The translations under genes were made by a program, and so were the position numbers. A stretch of DNA of 62,961 nucleotides, counting the filler, from Perkinsus chesapeaki ATCC PRA-425 (lineage: Eukaryota; Protista; Perkinsozoa), in assembly GCA_013115145.1 (NCBI GenBank). It is 4 parts of 4 records of this genome, joined end to end, with 100 filler letters (N's around TTAATTAATTAA, not from the genome) between each part and the next. Parts side by side here need not be neighbours in the genome. Positions count along the whole stretch, not along the records: positions 37,162 to 62,961 come from JAAPAO010000518.1; 3 more parts are not named here. One strand, written 5' to 3'. Position 1 is the stretch's first letter; every line of letters starts with the position of its first letter. Under the pieces are notes generated by a model that was given only the letters and a program-made list of their open reading frames with translations, was not told the DNA's origin and searched no databases. Positions 51,680 through 62,961 of this stretch are shown in pieces.

Positions 51680-51724
51680 CTCTGATCAGCTTTAGCTTAG
51701 AGACTAAGCTAAAGCTGATCAGAG
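51680..51724. repeat. Perfect 21-bp inverted repeat, 3-nt loop
   Basis: CTCTGATCAGCTTTAGCTTAG-aga-CTAAGCTAAAGCTGATCAGAG. Confidence 0.9.
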
Positions 51725-52607
51725 AAAAAGGTATGCAGACTCCGCACACCATTCGATAGATCAATAAATTCGTAGCCGAATTTATACCTACCGGTACCTA
51801 TTACATCTGCAATTTGTAACTCAATCAAGTCTTCCCTAGCCATTTTTTATTGGACTGTAACGTGCAATATAAGGACACTGGCTTTGCAGCAAAACTTTTA
51901 CGGTTCAACCGTTGAGTTTTGTAAAGCACACTCCACACTACCCGTCATAGATGTTAATGCGCGTCTTCAAATACTAATGCTGATCATAATGAGTTCTTTG
52001 ATTTCCTGAAGATATTAGACTCTGAACCGTTCTGAACAAGCCCAAGTGGGGGCGGGGGTCCCCCCTTGATCTAGCTGGGTTAGCTCTACTGTACGACTCT
52101 CTGTACTTTGGTATGGCAAAGGAATGCCTTTGTTTGATCGACTTGCTAAAACATTGTGTCCTGGTCATCAGGAGTGCCAGTTGCTGCCATAATTAGTAGG
52201 GTCAGAAGTTCGTTACAGACGGGGGTCAAGGGCTCTGGGTAGGTCCGAACGTCGAGCGGAGAGCAGACCTTCGCAATACGAAGTGAAAGTAGACGCGTGA
52301 ATTTCCGACAAGTTGAGACAAGACAGTTTGAGACAAGTTGGTAAATAGTTGAAGCCAGGCAACATGTACTCGCTCTAAATTGAGTCGTCTATGAACACAA
52401 CAGCGGGAACTGGTCCGAGTTGAAACATTGCGCAGAAGTATGTAATGATTAGCTGGTTACTACTCGTGCTGAATAGTGAGACGTCACGTCTCAGACGCCG
52501 GGTATTGAGCCTCCCTACAAAACTGTTATTTGTTAAGTATCCCTGGAACAAAGGGGGACATAATCATTATGATGTAAAAAGAGTAAAAATATAGAATATC
52601 CGAAACG

Positions 52608-53735
52608 TTATTTGACTTTCGCAATACCGACAGTTGCGCTGTCAAAGTGGAACTCCATGTAATTACCAATAAGCATAGAATGGGACAATCTCCAATTTTT
52701 AACATCAATGTTTTTCACCAGCACAAAACACATGCCTACAGGGACATCTTTGCTAACGTAGCCTTCAAAAGGGATACTGAGCGGAACGTCCTTAGTTCGG
52801 CCGACCAGCATGAAGTGAAGTGTTGGCATATATTCGCGATATTGGCAGTCAACTTGATACGCCTTCCTAAGTTTATTATATGAAATAAACACTTCCTTCC
52901 CAGCGGCCTTGGAAGCTTCGTACTCAATTTCAAAGAAGAAGTTAGAAAGCTCATCCGTTGGGACGTCTATGTAATCGGAGCCAGTATCCAATACCACAGC
53001 ATCATTAACATCAACTTTGGATTCAACCCCGATCTGCACAGCCTTCAGCATCACCCTCCACGAAGCTCTCTCCTCTGGGGTTCTACGAAGCACCGGGACA
53101 AATTGCAGCGGCTTCTTGTAGAGAGACGCGTCACCACCTCCGAGCAATATCTCCCCGGTTTGTTCGAGATCGGGGTGTGCTGGTCTTAGGTATAAAGCAA
53201 AGACATTCTCTTTTACTGGCGTGGAAGGGCTGGTAGTGAGCTGCTCCATGATAGAAGGATACCATGTGACTCCGCCTGGAGCCAGGCCGAGGACCACAGG
53301 TGGGTCGGATATAGCAGCTGGTGTGAATCCACTAATCAGTCCAAATTTTATATCGTCAAACTTGGCGCCACCAAAATTGAACTGAGCCGAACGGCTGAAT
53401 ATCCAGACTGTCCTGTTATCGCTGAAGCTGACGGAGATGGGATGATGAATAGTCGTGCAAGGCTTAGGGCAATCGTAGCAGTGGTAGAATCTCTGACAAG
53501 CATAGGGGCCAGCAACTATTTCGTAAATCTTTTTCATTAAATCGATATAATATGGGGTAGAAGTATCTATAATAACGTTCTCGTGTTGACCGCCCAGCCA
53601 TGTGGTGGTATAAAAATAGACCTTCGGAGGGCGCGTTTTGCCAAGGTCGTAAATACGCGCTGCTGCTTGCCTCAGAACTTTACTGTCAACTACCGCCGCC
53701 AAGACTCCAACGAAGAAATGCAAGTTAATCCACAT
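52608..53735 (-). CDS. Secreted pepsin-family (A1) aspartic protease-like protein, single exon
   Basis: Signal peptide; IIDTST and VLDTGS lobes; VLGLA, FALYL, GEILLGG.D, W.V.L, LHFML, IGN.MEF.FD...VGIA. Confidence 0.85.
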   Translation of the reverse strand: MWINLHFFVGVLAAVVDSKVLRQAAARIYDLGKTRPPKVYFYTTTWLGGQHENVIIDTSTPYYIDLMKKIYEIVAGPYACQRFYHCYDCPKPCTTIHHPISVSFSDNRTVWIFSRSAQFNFGGAKFDDIKFGLISGFTPAAISDPPVVLGLAPGGVTWYPSIMEQLTTSPSTPVKENVFALYLRPAHPDLEQTGEILLGGGDASLYKKPLQFVPVLRRTPEERASWRVMLKAVQIGVESKVDVNDAVVLDTGSDYIDVPTDELSNFFFEIEYEASKAAGKEVFISYNKLRKAYQVDCQYREYMPTLHFMLVGRTKDVPLSIPFEGYVSKDVPVGMCFVLVKNIDVKNWRLSHSMLIGNYMEFHFDSATVGIAKVK

Positions 53736-56137
53736 AAGGGAAGAAAGAGATAACTACTGAGCGATAAAATCAGAAACTGACCTACAACGCATTTCATGTT
53801 CACTGTCAATTTTGCAAGTGCCGTTGGCGACGCCACCCTGGCGTTTGGCGGAGCATACTGAGACCTTACACACACAATTTGTAGGGAGGCGCTCCTACTC
53901 CCTCAGTCATCACCGCGACGCGTATCATTTGGTTTATCGGATAAGCTTTATGCAATTAGGGATTGATTTACTGTCACGATGACATTTCTGTCGCTGTGAC
54001 AAAAAGCGATGCTTGAAGAATTTGCTCTTCGCGTCAATTATGCAGGCCAATACACCCCATACTCAGTGTTAGTGCTGTCTGAAGAGCACATTCTATCTGA
54101 AATATCAACCCCTCTACAGGTATCGGAGCCACGCGGAATTGAGCAGGGCAGCCAGAGTGAACGCTTTCTTTTATGCCGAACGCCTTCGGCTAATGCTATA
54201 TTCCGGAGTATGAGAATTCTTCGAGATAGTCCAGGAATGTGTCCAGAAAGTACGAGAAGTTCTTCCTTCCAAGATACTCAACTGCGATAGTCACGTACAT
54301 GTGTTAGCCTTCATGATTTATTAGTTATGAATCTCAGTATTGCTTCACTACTCGCCTACTTGCTTATGCTACCATATTCTGTCACATCCTTTTCGTGACA
54401 GCAATGCTGTCACAACATTCACCTTGCTTAACGCAAATGAAGTGTCCTCAATTTCTAACCTGGCTTCTAATAGTACACTTATTGGGGTTCATGATCAACC
54501 TCCAGCAAAACAATAGAATATTTTTTGAGATAACTAACGAAAGAAGACAGGTTCGAAGCTGAAGTTTCGTGGACTAACTACATATCATATGGCTGTCACA
54601 AGTGCTATATGATCAAGGACAGTCTCGCTCGCCCTGGCACGGCATCCGAAACGGCTGTCGGTCACGCAGCAGCAAAATAATAGCACATCTTCCCAGTTTT
54701 CCCTATTCCCTTCAAATTGCGATTATTCGTCAATGTCCAGAGTATAGATCACGCAGCGTACAAGCAAACTCATTAGCACGAAAACTCAGTTTCAAGCTCG
54801 TCTTCTTTCGGTAGTTATCTCGAAAACAGCAAATGCTCTATTGTTCTGCAGTTCGTTTAGTTACACGTTCACGATCGAGTACGCCACAGGGCTGGTAGCT
54901 TTGAGCAGCAGCCGCTTCTTCATTGTTTGAATTCATAATATTGAGAGTATTATCATCATTACGCTTAATATTATTTAGTGAATGTGGTGATGCCACATAA
55001 GAGTCGATGATCCGTGTACCACATATCTGTCGTTGTCTTCTTGGATTAACAACAGCTATTACATGGTCCCTTTAATAGTAAAATAGCAAAACTACGATCT
55101 AAAATGTAGGATTAAATAAGAAAATCTCACGAAGAGATTTTGTTGTTGAGCTAGTCTTAGAGCTACATAAGAGTCATCATGATACCATGACTCAGTCATG
55201 AACATGTTAGTTCATATGACAATAAGGGGAGTTGAGATGAGCGAATAGTCCTTCCAACTTGTGAAGCGGGGTAACAAAGCATACGGGAAGTTCAGCGGCT
55301 GAACAGTGTTCAGTGACTAGAAATCACCATTTTTTTGCTCAGAGACTCTTTCAAGGTATCACCAGCACCACAGCAAGGTATGGGACATTAGCCGTGTCAC
55401 GCCATGCTGAGGGAGACAATTTAATATTGAGCTCGACTCGTCAACCAGACCACTTCAAGGGCACTATATGAGCCCAAATTCATGTGATCGTCCTAAAAAT
55501 GCGAGTCCTGGCGCGAGGGTGTAGTACTACTACTAGCCTACTACAGTAGTAGATCGTAAGGTTTAACGAGTGGAATTAGTCTGTCAAACAGGTAGAGGAC
55601 CTGTCGGAATGTTCCAGCATCAATGTCACGCAACGTGACACGGTTGATAGTCATGCTACAACACTTTTGACAACGTGTTCATCTCTTGCCTCAATCCCAT
55701 TGCCCATGAGGATGTGAAGCTCATAAGTGGAATGGTATGGCTGTTCTCTGCATCTAGCTCATACCGATACAATCGCCGAACAGCTCGACGAAGAGCGCAT
55801 CGCAATTATGCTGCTTAGAATAATAACGTTTATAGTACTACATTCCTGGGCAAAAATGACGAGACAGCGACGTTGCCTTGCACACAAGTTGCAAGACGCC
55901 CCGTCGTTTTATCACTTCGTCATACCTTATGGGATCGGGTATACTTAATGGACCGCTATGCTACTCTACCGTTATGGGTCAGCCTGGGGGGACAAAAGTT
56001 ATGTCACATAACACGAGCTACGTCACGTACCGCATGCGTGCCACCGCTTTGGTTGAAACTTCAGGCGATTCGTTCCAGAGCATTAATAGGCGTCCTTCGT
56101 TGATAACTAGCGCATATTTTTGAGGGACTTTTCCTTC

Positions 56138-57502
56138 ATGCGTTTTCTTTCGGCACTTCCGCCCATCTGGTTAGCAGCGTCTCAGGGCATCTACGATGAC
56201 AGCAGTATCGTCTCTATTATTCATGATGATGGTTCCTTGGTTGATGTCGCTAACATTCCCACTCTCTTAGCTGATGCCGGCGTTGAAGGAGACCAAAGGG
56301 TTGCCTCCTTCCTTTTGACTTCCCTTGTTAGGACTCTAAAGTTTGCTCAATGTCAAATTGTGCCAACGTCGGTAGACACTCTCAGCAACGTTGATCTCTG
56401 CGCTTATTTGAATGAAACTCGAAGATATTTATCAAATCACGTTATCGTGTGCGGTAAGAACGTCATTGGGAGGATGACGAGAATCGACAACAAGCTAAAT
56501 GTTGATGATCCAAGGTCACGTTGGCAGTATTTTCTACGCCGCATGGGGATGAGGGATGTCTGGGAACTCCTTCAGGAGTATCCCAGGAAAAACGTTACAG
56601 TAGCGGTTATCGACCAAGGTGTCGACTTCACTGATCAGGACTTGGCCCCCTTGAAAAGCTCATTCGTAACTAGCGATGGTAAAGCTATCGATGGCGGGTG
56701 GAACTTTTGGACCAACAGTTCCAAACTCACTGTTTGAGATTACCATGGTCAGTATATCAGCCGTGTAATTGCGGCTCGAGGTAATGATTCTTTCGGTATG
56801 ATCGGCATTGCTCCAGACAATGTCCGTTTGGTATCTTTACAAGCATGCGATGGGGCCAGATGTCCTCTAGCTTATGTACTAGAGGCTATTGATATGGCAA
56901 TCGATGCTGGAGTTGATGTGGTTTCTTGGTCCGTAAACTATATCTTCAATAGCTCCTCATCTGTCGAGCGGTCTCTGCTTACGAGAGCATGGCGCCAAGC
57001 TCAGCTCCACGATATGATACTGGTAACTCCAGCGGGTAATGATGGTGTCTCTGCCGAAAATCACTATCCGTGCTGGTATGGTGGCTACAACACCATTTGT
57101 GTAGCTGCCCTCAGTGGAGACGTGAACTACACGCTTGCTGAGTTCTCTAATTACGGCGAAAGAGTGGATATCGCAGCATTTGGTGAGAATATGTATGTGG
57201 GTTCTGATTGGCTCGGTCATGACCAATGGTCCTCTGGGACGTCCTATGCTACTTCGGTGGTTAGCGCTGCTGCTGCGATGATCCTATCTTTGAATGTTGA
57301 ACCTTCTATGGTCAAGCGTATACTCCTCACAGAGGCTGAGGTCTTCGAAACTCCAGGTAAGCATCTGAGAAGTCATGGTGGTGCCTTAAATATTCTGTGG
57401 TCTATCAAGAGAGCCATCCGTATGTACAAGCCCCGTCCTACTCCCAGTCAAGAAGCAAATACCCCGCAATATCCACGACCATACAGGAAGGGTTTCTGTT
57501 AG
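56138..57502 (+). pseudogene. Secreted subtilisin (S8) interrupted by one in-frame TGA (56735-56737)
   Basis: Signal peptide MRFLSALPPIWLAASQG; VAVIDQG, HG, PAGND, GTSYA. The ORFs 56120-56737 and 56798-57502 are in the same frame with only this stop between them. Confidence 0.75.
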
Positions 57503-59186
57503 TTGATTTTTTTCAAGCTAAGGTGACTATGCGGCTATTGACGCATAACAGGCGCATATTATGTGCGTCGAGTACATGGTGTGTTGTGTCTGGCGGCTTT
57601 AGCCAGACCATCAACGCACAGTTTTACTCCATTTTTGACGTAGAAAGAAGGCCAATGAGTTGTGATATAACTGCTCTACTACTATGTTGACACGTTTTAC
57701 TGCATTACAGTTGACAGTTTACTAGATAATTGTATCTCGGTAGTGGCTAATTGTTCAGTTGCCTCTATATAACTTGACCTGTTAGTATTTCCTAACAGTT
57801 AAGGTTTTATCACTACAATTCCACTAAATGCATCGACGCCGCACGTATCAACTCGGCTTACTCATTCAACTACAGTAGCCTACAAAGGCTTTGTCAAGCA
57901 ATGGCGTTGGAGATGCGTTCAAGTGAGCTTCAAATACACTTTTACAAATACACGGCATCGACTTTTATGGACTTCGGTTCCACAATTGCCGCAAACGTTG
58001 ACTTCCTCAACACATACCATGATCCGGTGTAAATCATAATTTGTGATCTTTGAGCCACAGTCATAATCCGCCTCGACGAGGTGTGCGTGATTTGGTGAGT
58101 TGGTGTAATAAGAAGTCCAACGCGACACAAACTAAGATCGAAGTTTTGCTCACCGAACCACAAATCGGTACTTGCAATATACGGTATACCCTTCAACTTG
58201 AGTCGAGGAGATTTCACGACCGTGAATCACGGGCCACGGGACATTCAGGAAAGACTCATCGCGGACGACTCGCTGGCAATAGGCTTAGGTCGGGTTCGGC
58301 AATATACAGACAACCTAAGTCTGTGTTTCACTACCAAATCAATAGCTCGTTTAATGGATCGCGCAATTGTAGCAACCGCCAATGTCACTTAAGTTGGCGT
58401 ATCACTACTGCATGATCTAGTCCGGGTCCCTGGAAGTCTCGAAAGAATGGACACTTGAAAACCAAACTGCACATGCCAACAGAGACATACGATATATACG
58501 AGGCATGGACATGATAGTTTACATAACTATTAGGGGCGACTTGAGATGAGTTTGAATAGTTCTTCCAACTTATGAAGTTAAGAAACAATTTGTCTTAAAC
58601 AAAGCATATGCTGAACATGTCTTTTCAGTAAAACAGAGCTACAGCCCCTCTGGCCTATCGTATAGTATAAGGGCAATGCTTGCAGTCAGTAACACCACCA
58701 GACATCATCACAGCAATTATGTGTATTGAAGGTGGAGAACTGATAGCCTCATCAGGGGTATGCATAGGAGAGCAGTTTATATAGGCAAGCATACACTCCA
58801 TCTCGGCATCTGTTGTGAAAGGCCTTATGCTAATAAGCTCGAGGTAGCGGTTTATCTGAGCAAAAAGTAGACATGCTGTGGGAGCGGCGAACTCACCTCG
58901 TCAAGTGACAAATTGGGATCGCCATCAGATGTATACGAAACCCATGATGCCATTTCATCACAAATGGTGAGACACTCACTGCTTGTCCTGCAACGGGAAC
59001 ATTTCCAGTGATAAGAGTGTTGGTCTCACGATTCTCGATACAGCTGGCATGCATCCTTATAATACACCATAGCAAAGGCGAGTGAATCCTGTTTTGGTGA
59101 CGAACCGCAAACAAAGTCGCGGCTCCCTTCGTTGGGCCTAGAAATTGCTAATACCAATTACTAATATTGCATCGGCGGAGTCCTCC

Positions 59187-60446
59187 TCACTGAGCCGATC
59201 CCTTCTCTCGGGACTCTTCATCAGTTATCCTTCTATTCTCCCACAAAGCCTTGCCACACAAGGGCGATATTCCTCGATCGCGCAAGTCTTCCAACGCGCC
59301 ATAATATTCTGTATTTTCACAGACGGGGTTGCCCATCAAACTCAAATGTTCAAGCCGGCCACCCGGCTTGTTAAGAATTTCCTTAGGCAGGTGAGATATA
59401 TTGTTCATCTCCAATGAGAGATGATCGAGTCGTTTGTTGTCATGTAGAACATCCGCATCCATCTCCATAAGGAAATTATACGGAAGGCTCAGTGAAGTGA
59501 GAGATACCGTGGAGCTTTGCTTTGGATATTGTGTTATATTTTGGTATGGAAGACTTAACAGTCTTATAGCACTCATATGCTCGGTAATCCACAACACTTC
59601 ATCATCGTCGACCTAAAAGCAGTAATCTTCACGAGACCGCTTGGCTTGATTACGGCGCAGTTCCCGAGAGATTTTGGTGTAGGAGTTATAACTATGTATT
59701 CAGCTCTAGGAAAGCTGCTCAACATCTAAGCAGACCAATAGATCGGCTGTACCGCAATAGGCGGACCTCAGGGAGACTAACGCAACTAGACAGCCCTTCC
59801 TTATCGGCGTCCACAGTATGGGTGCTGCCGATCACTATGCGGCAATCGCAAGACTGAAATAGACTATTTTGCTTTATCACGTTTTCTGCCCTTACTCCTA
59901 TTATTGGTCGAATAGACCAACGACATGATGCTGTCGGATCGAAGGAAGGGCCGCAATCTGTCCCAGCTTGTGTGATGATCGTATGGACGACAATCAGCAG
60001 TCCCAACGCCCACGAGGTGACTAGCAACGTTATAAAAATCGCGATCCAACGTAATCTGAGGCAGAGCTATCCTGGAGGGTGATGAATGGGTACCTTGCAT
60101 GCTTAGTGAGCCTCGAGAATCTAGCGTTTCCTGCATTAAGGTGGGTGTTATAAGCAAACGGATCTCCCCGCAGCCATAACTTATCCATCTGAACACCTCT
60201 AGTTGTAAGACCGTCGATTGTCATCAGCTCACTTGCCAAAGATGCATAATAACAGAAATGAGAGGCACGATCGACGAGAGGAAGACCTACGAAAACTATC
60301 AGGTCGTTGATTTGCCAATTATTCTTCACCAGGAAGGTCTCATGGCGGAAAAGATACCATTTAGATAAAGTAAACAAGGCCGTAAAATATGGCAGCGCCA
60401 GCAAACCATCCATAGTGTAACTTGAAACAGACTCATCTTTGCACAC
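59187..60446 (-). CDS. Transmembrane + Cys-rich + LRR protein (multi-exon; 5' end uncertain)
   Basis: A short intron joins KHAR|LRWIAIFITLLVTSWALGLLIVV (TM). Cys-rich segment follows, then LTSLSLPYNFL, LDHLSLEMNNISHLP, LEHLSLMGNPVC (LRRs and cap). Confidence 0.65.
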
Positions 60447-61416
60447 TTCAGCAGCCTACCCTATACCAATGACGGTATCAGTTATGACTGCCAGTTTCAC
60501 ACGACCATGGTAGTATAACAACGGGGCCGAGAGGAGATTCATTGACAGGAAAATAGAATGGCTTATCATAAGGGGGAGAGGTGCAACCTATTCATTGATT
60601 TGGCTCAGTATGTTTTCCTATTGTGCAGTACTTGCGTATTATGACCAAGGGCGCCGATGCCTACTCCTCCTAGTTCCAGCCACGCTAGACATTGAATAAT
60701 GATGTCCAGTACTTGACCGAGGATGTATCTGGCCAAGTTTCATGGAACAACTACGGGACCCCCAGGATGGAACTCCCAGCGGTGCTTGGCGAACGGAATA
60801 GTAGCCGTTTCGGCCGCCGAAACTCGGCGCATGCCTGTGGGCAGTCGATCTCCGCCAGTATCGGTCCGATACTATCCGATAAAACGCGGTAGAGGGATAA
60901 TCCACCAGAAAGCCCGAAAAAGTACCGGTGTCTGTTTTAGGTTATAACTGTCATTCTGTGCAACTGCCAGTCTGCAGCACTTTGAGCATAACCTTTCAAA
61001 CATCATGACCGCAATTTACTTCTGCCTGCTCCATTAGGAGCTCTTTTCGCCATGGCACTACCATCACGCTGTTGGAGTGTATTTTGTTACGCCACAGAGA
61101 ATGACAGATAATGGCACGAGACTGGAGGCGCAGCGAGATTTGCTACAATCCGCACCATCAGTTCGCGAGCTTCCATAAACTAATTGTTCCCACCTTTATA
61201 CAGAAGACCTAACTTGGGTAACCCGCACTAGACCGGACTTTTACACCTAGACCATCGTGTTAGCCTTGTCATTGTGCCACACTTGGGCCCTGTCGACACA
61301 AATGCGTCTCGGCGAGCGCTATTTCTAGGGGGGAGATTTCGAGCTGCGCATTTATCCAATTGTACTATATTCATTTGTCAGCAGTTGGTCTTTGCCACCT
61401 TCATCACTAACACAAT

Positions 61417-61994
61417 ATGATACGCCTCGCTGTGGTTGTCACTTTTTCGACCATCGCTGTTGCTCTCAAGAGCTTGAAGGGATCTACCAAGACTGAGCTG
61501 AATGTAATCTATTGACCCTATAGGAGTCGATGGTTCTTTTAGATGGGGAAAGCTACGGTTTATAACTTCGGCAATATGTGTGAGCTAAGGGTAGCGAACG
61601 AAGGGAATTTCATCAAGGGCAGGAGAGAAGAACTGCAGTGGTACTACAGCATTAAAGATAAACATATCACTACAAGATCTATTGACTGTGATAATGGTAT
61701 GTTGAAAGGGTAAGTATATTTTGCAAATTGGTGACCGTGCTCTCAGAACAGCATACAGTATGACATGTGGACTTCAGGGGCAGCATCGATCCCTTAAGTA
61801 ATTATGAAATTGAGACAACAACCGACAAAGCTCAATGTCGTGAAGCGGTCAAAGTGCTCCACAAAACCATGAAGAAAAATGCTAAAGATGTCTACTCCTT
61901 TTACCGTGCCCTTTGCAAGGAGTTTGAAGCTACAAAAGCATGGGAAAAGGTTCCGTATATTGATTATGAGGATAATGATGAGGAAGATGATTGA
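61417..61994 (+). CDS. Small secreted protein with one 4-Cys domain and an acidic tail
   Basis: Signal peptide MIRLAVVVTFSTIAVA; MCELRV..DCDNG..QCREAV..ALCKEF; two introns. Confidence 0.65.
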
Positions 61995-62961
61995 AGAATC
62001 GAGAACCTTACTTTGAGCCATGATGTTTTAAATGATGTGTATTGCTCATCGCGTAGAGCACATAGTTATGAATGGTTGATGTGGCAAATTGCCAACTTGA
62101 AGTTGGTCAGTGATTATGGTCATGGGTTTGAGCCTAAGGTAAGCCTAGCTCATGTTGAGGATAGAATTGCATTGAAAGCGCCACCACAGTCTCGATCGGA
62201 CTGACTTGCGGCATTATACCTTGCATCCTTGGAAGCTTGAACTCGACGGCGACAACGCGAGTAGTTTGGTTATTTCTCGGACTGCTTATACTCAGGATCA
62301 ATATTACAGATGTAAGCTTTGTTGTTAACTGATAACTTATTCAACTCAACTGAGCTAAGGCATTATCCATCAACCCATGTGCTATTGGAGTTGCTGAAGA
62401 CCGTCTTCAGTAGACGAGTTATGTTAGAAAATGCAGTCGAAGGAATGGTGTTCTGCATCTCCATAACCAAAAGGATCAGTGTCATCACAAGCAGCCTACT
62501 TTTCCTACTTGAAGCAGAAAAAGCGTTCACTTCGGCAGTTTTACAAGTCACCATCACATCAACTATGCGAACTCGGATTGCTGCAATCCAGAACCCCACC
62601 AGTTATTTTTCGGGATCAGACGGCATGTCACTGTTGGCGCACATATCGCTGCGCCGCAGATATCCGACGAGACTGGAAACGCAGCGAGATTCAATGTGGT
62701 CCTTGGTATAAGCCCGTGGTTGAGCCTTACATTGGTTTTTCCGCCCCATAAAAGGATGAGTGCGCATACCGATTATGAGTGTATCAAGCAGTATTCATGG
62801 AACTCTCCGCGTGGCTCACCAGTCGTGAGCCAAGTGTGATCCACCTTCATGGCGAGCGCTGTTGGCATCGAAGATTTCGAGCAGCGCATAAAACGCACTA
62901 GCGTTCGCTCGACTGTGACCGTTTATTTCCGTGGGAGAGTGGTCTAGGTCGAGGGGCTAGA

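Noticed and set aside
56735-56737. Selenocysteine interpretation of the subtilisin TGA
   Set aside because: The position is not a conserved Cys site and I could not identify a SECIS element.
57919-59114. Cys-containing short ORFs between the subtilisin and LRR genes; also 62319-62751
   Set aside because: No consistent exon chain or recognisable motif, so a gene call is not supported.
61320-61340. TAGGGGGGAGA polypurine-tract-like motif
   Set aside because: No adjacent TG...CA LTR or pol remnant could be identified.

Overview
Intron-rich eukaryotic genomic DNA in four contigs, joined by three 100-nt N spacers that carry a TTAATTAATTAA linker. It is most consistent with the alveolate Perkinsus. 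This is inferred from the ~40-140-nt introns, KH/START/STPG genes, and lineage-type secreted, pepsin and subtilisin proteins; it was not confirmed by a database search. Left part: TPGS2, a purple-acid-phosphatase-like gene, and a transposon-debris zone (MULE and LTR-integrase remnants). From 16.4 to 49.7 kb almost every recognisable gene is on the minus strand: a soluble PPase with a plastid-type presequence, four tandem START-domain paralogs, RRM-KH, CCCH-methyltransferase, a secreted Cys-repeat protein, an NADPH oxidase/ferric reductase with an intact intronic tRNA-Pro, a dsRBD-TUTase and an STPG-repeat protein. Right part: aspartic protease, subtilisin with one in-frame TGA, TM-LRR protein and a secreted protein. 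Most striking signal: many spliceosomal introns in the 17.8-50.8 kb block are, or contain, degenerate tRNA bodies. These are Pol III A-box/B-box elements, at least five with canonical tRNA spacing. They occur in both orientations and some are retained at homologous intron positions between paralogs. Two introns of one gene also share a 26-bp identical core. All gene models and motif counts were made by eye, so exon boundaries are approximate unless stated.
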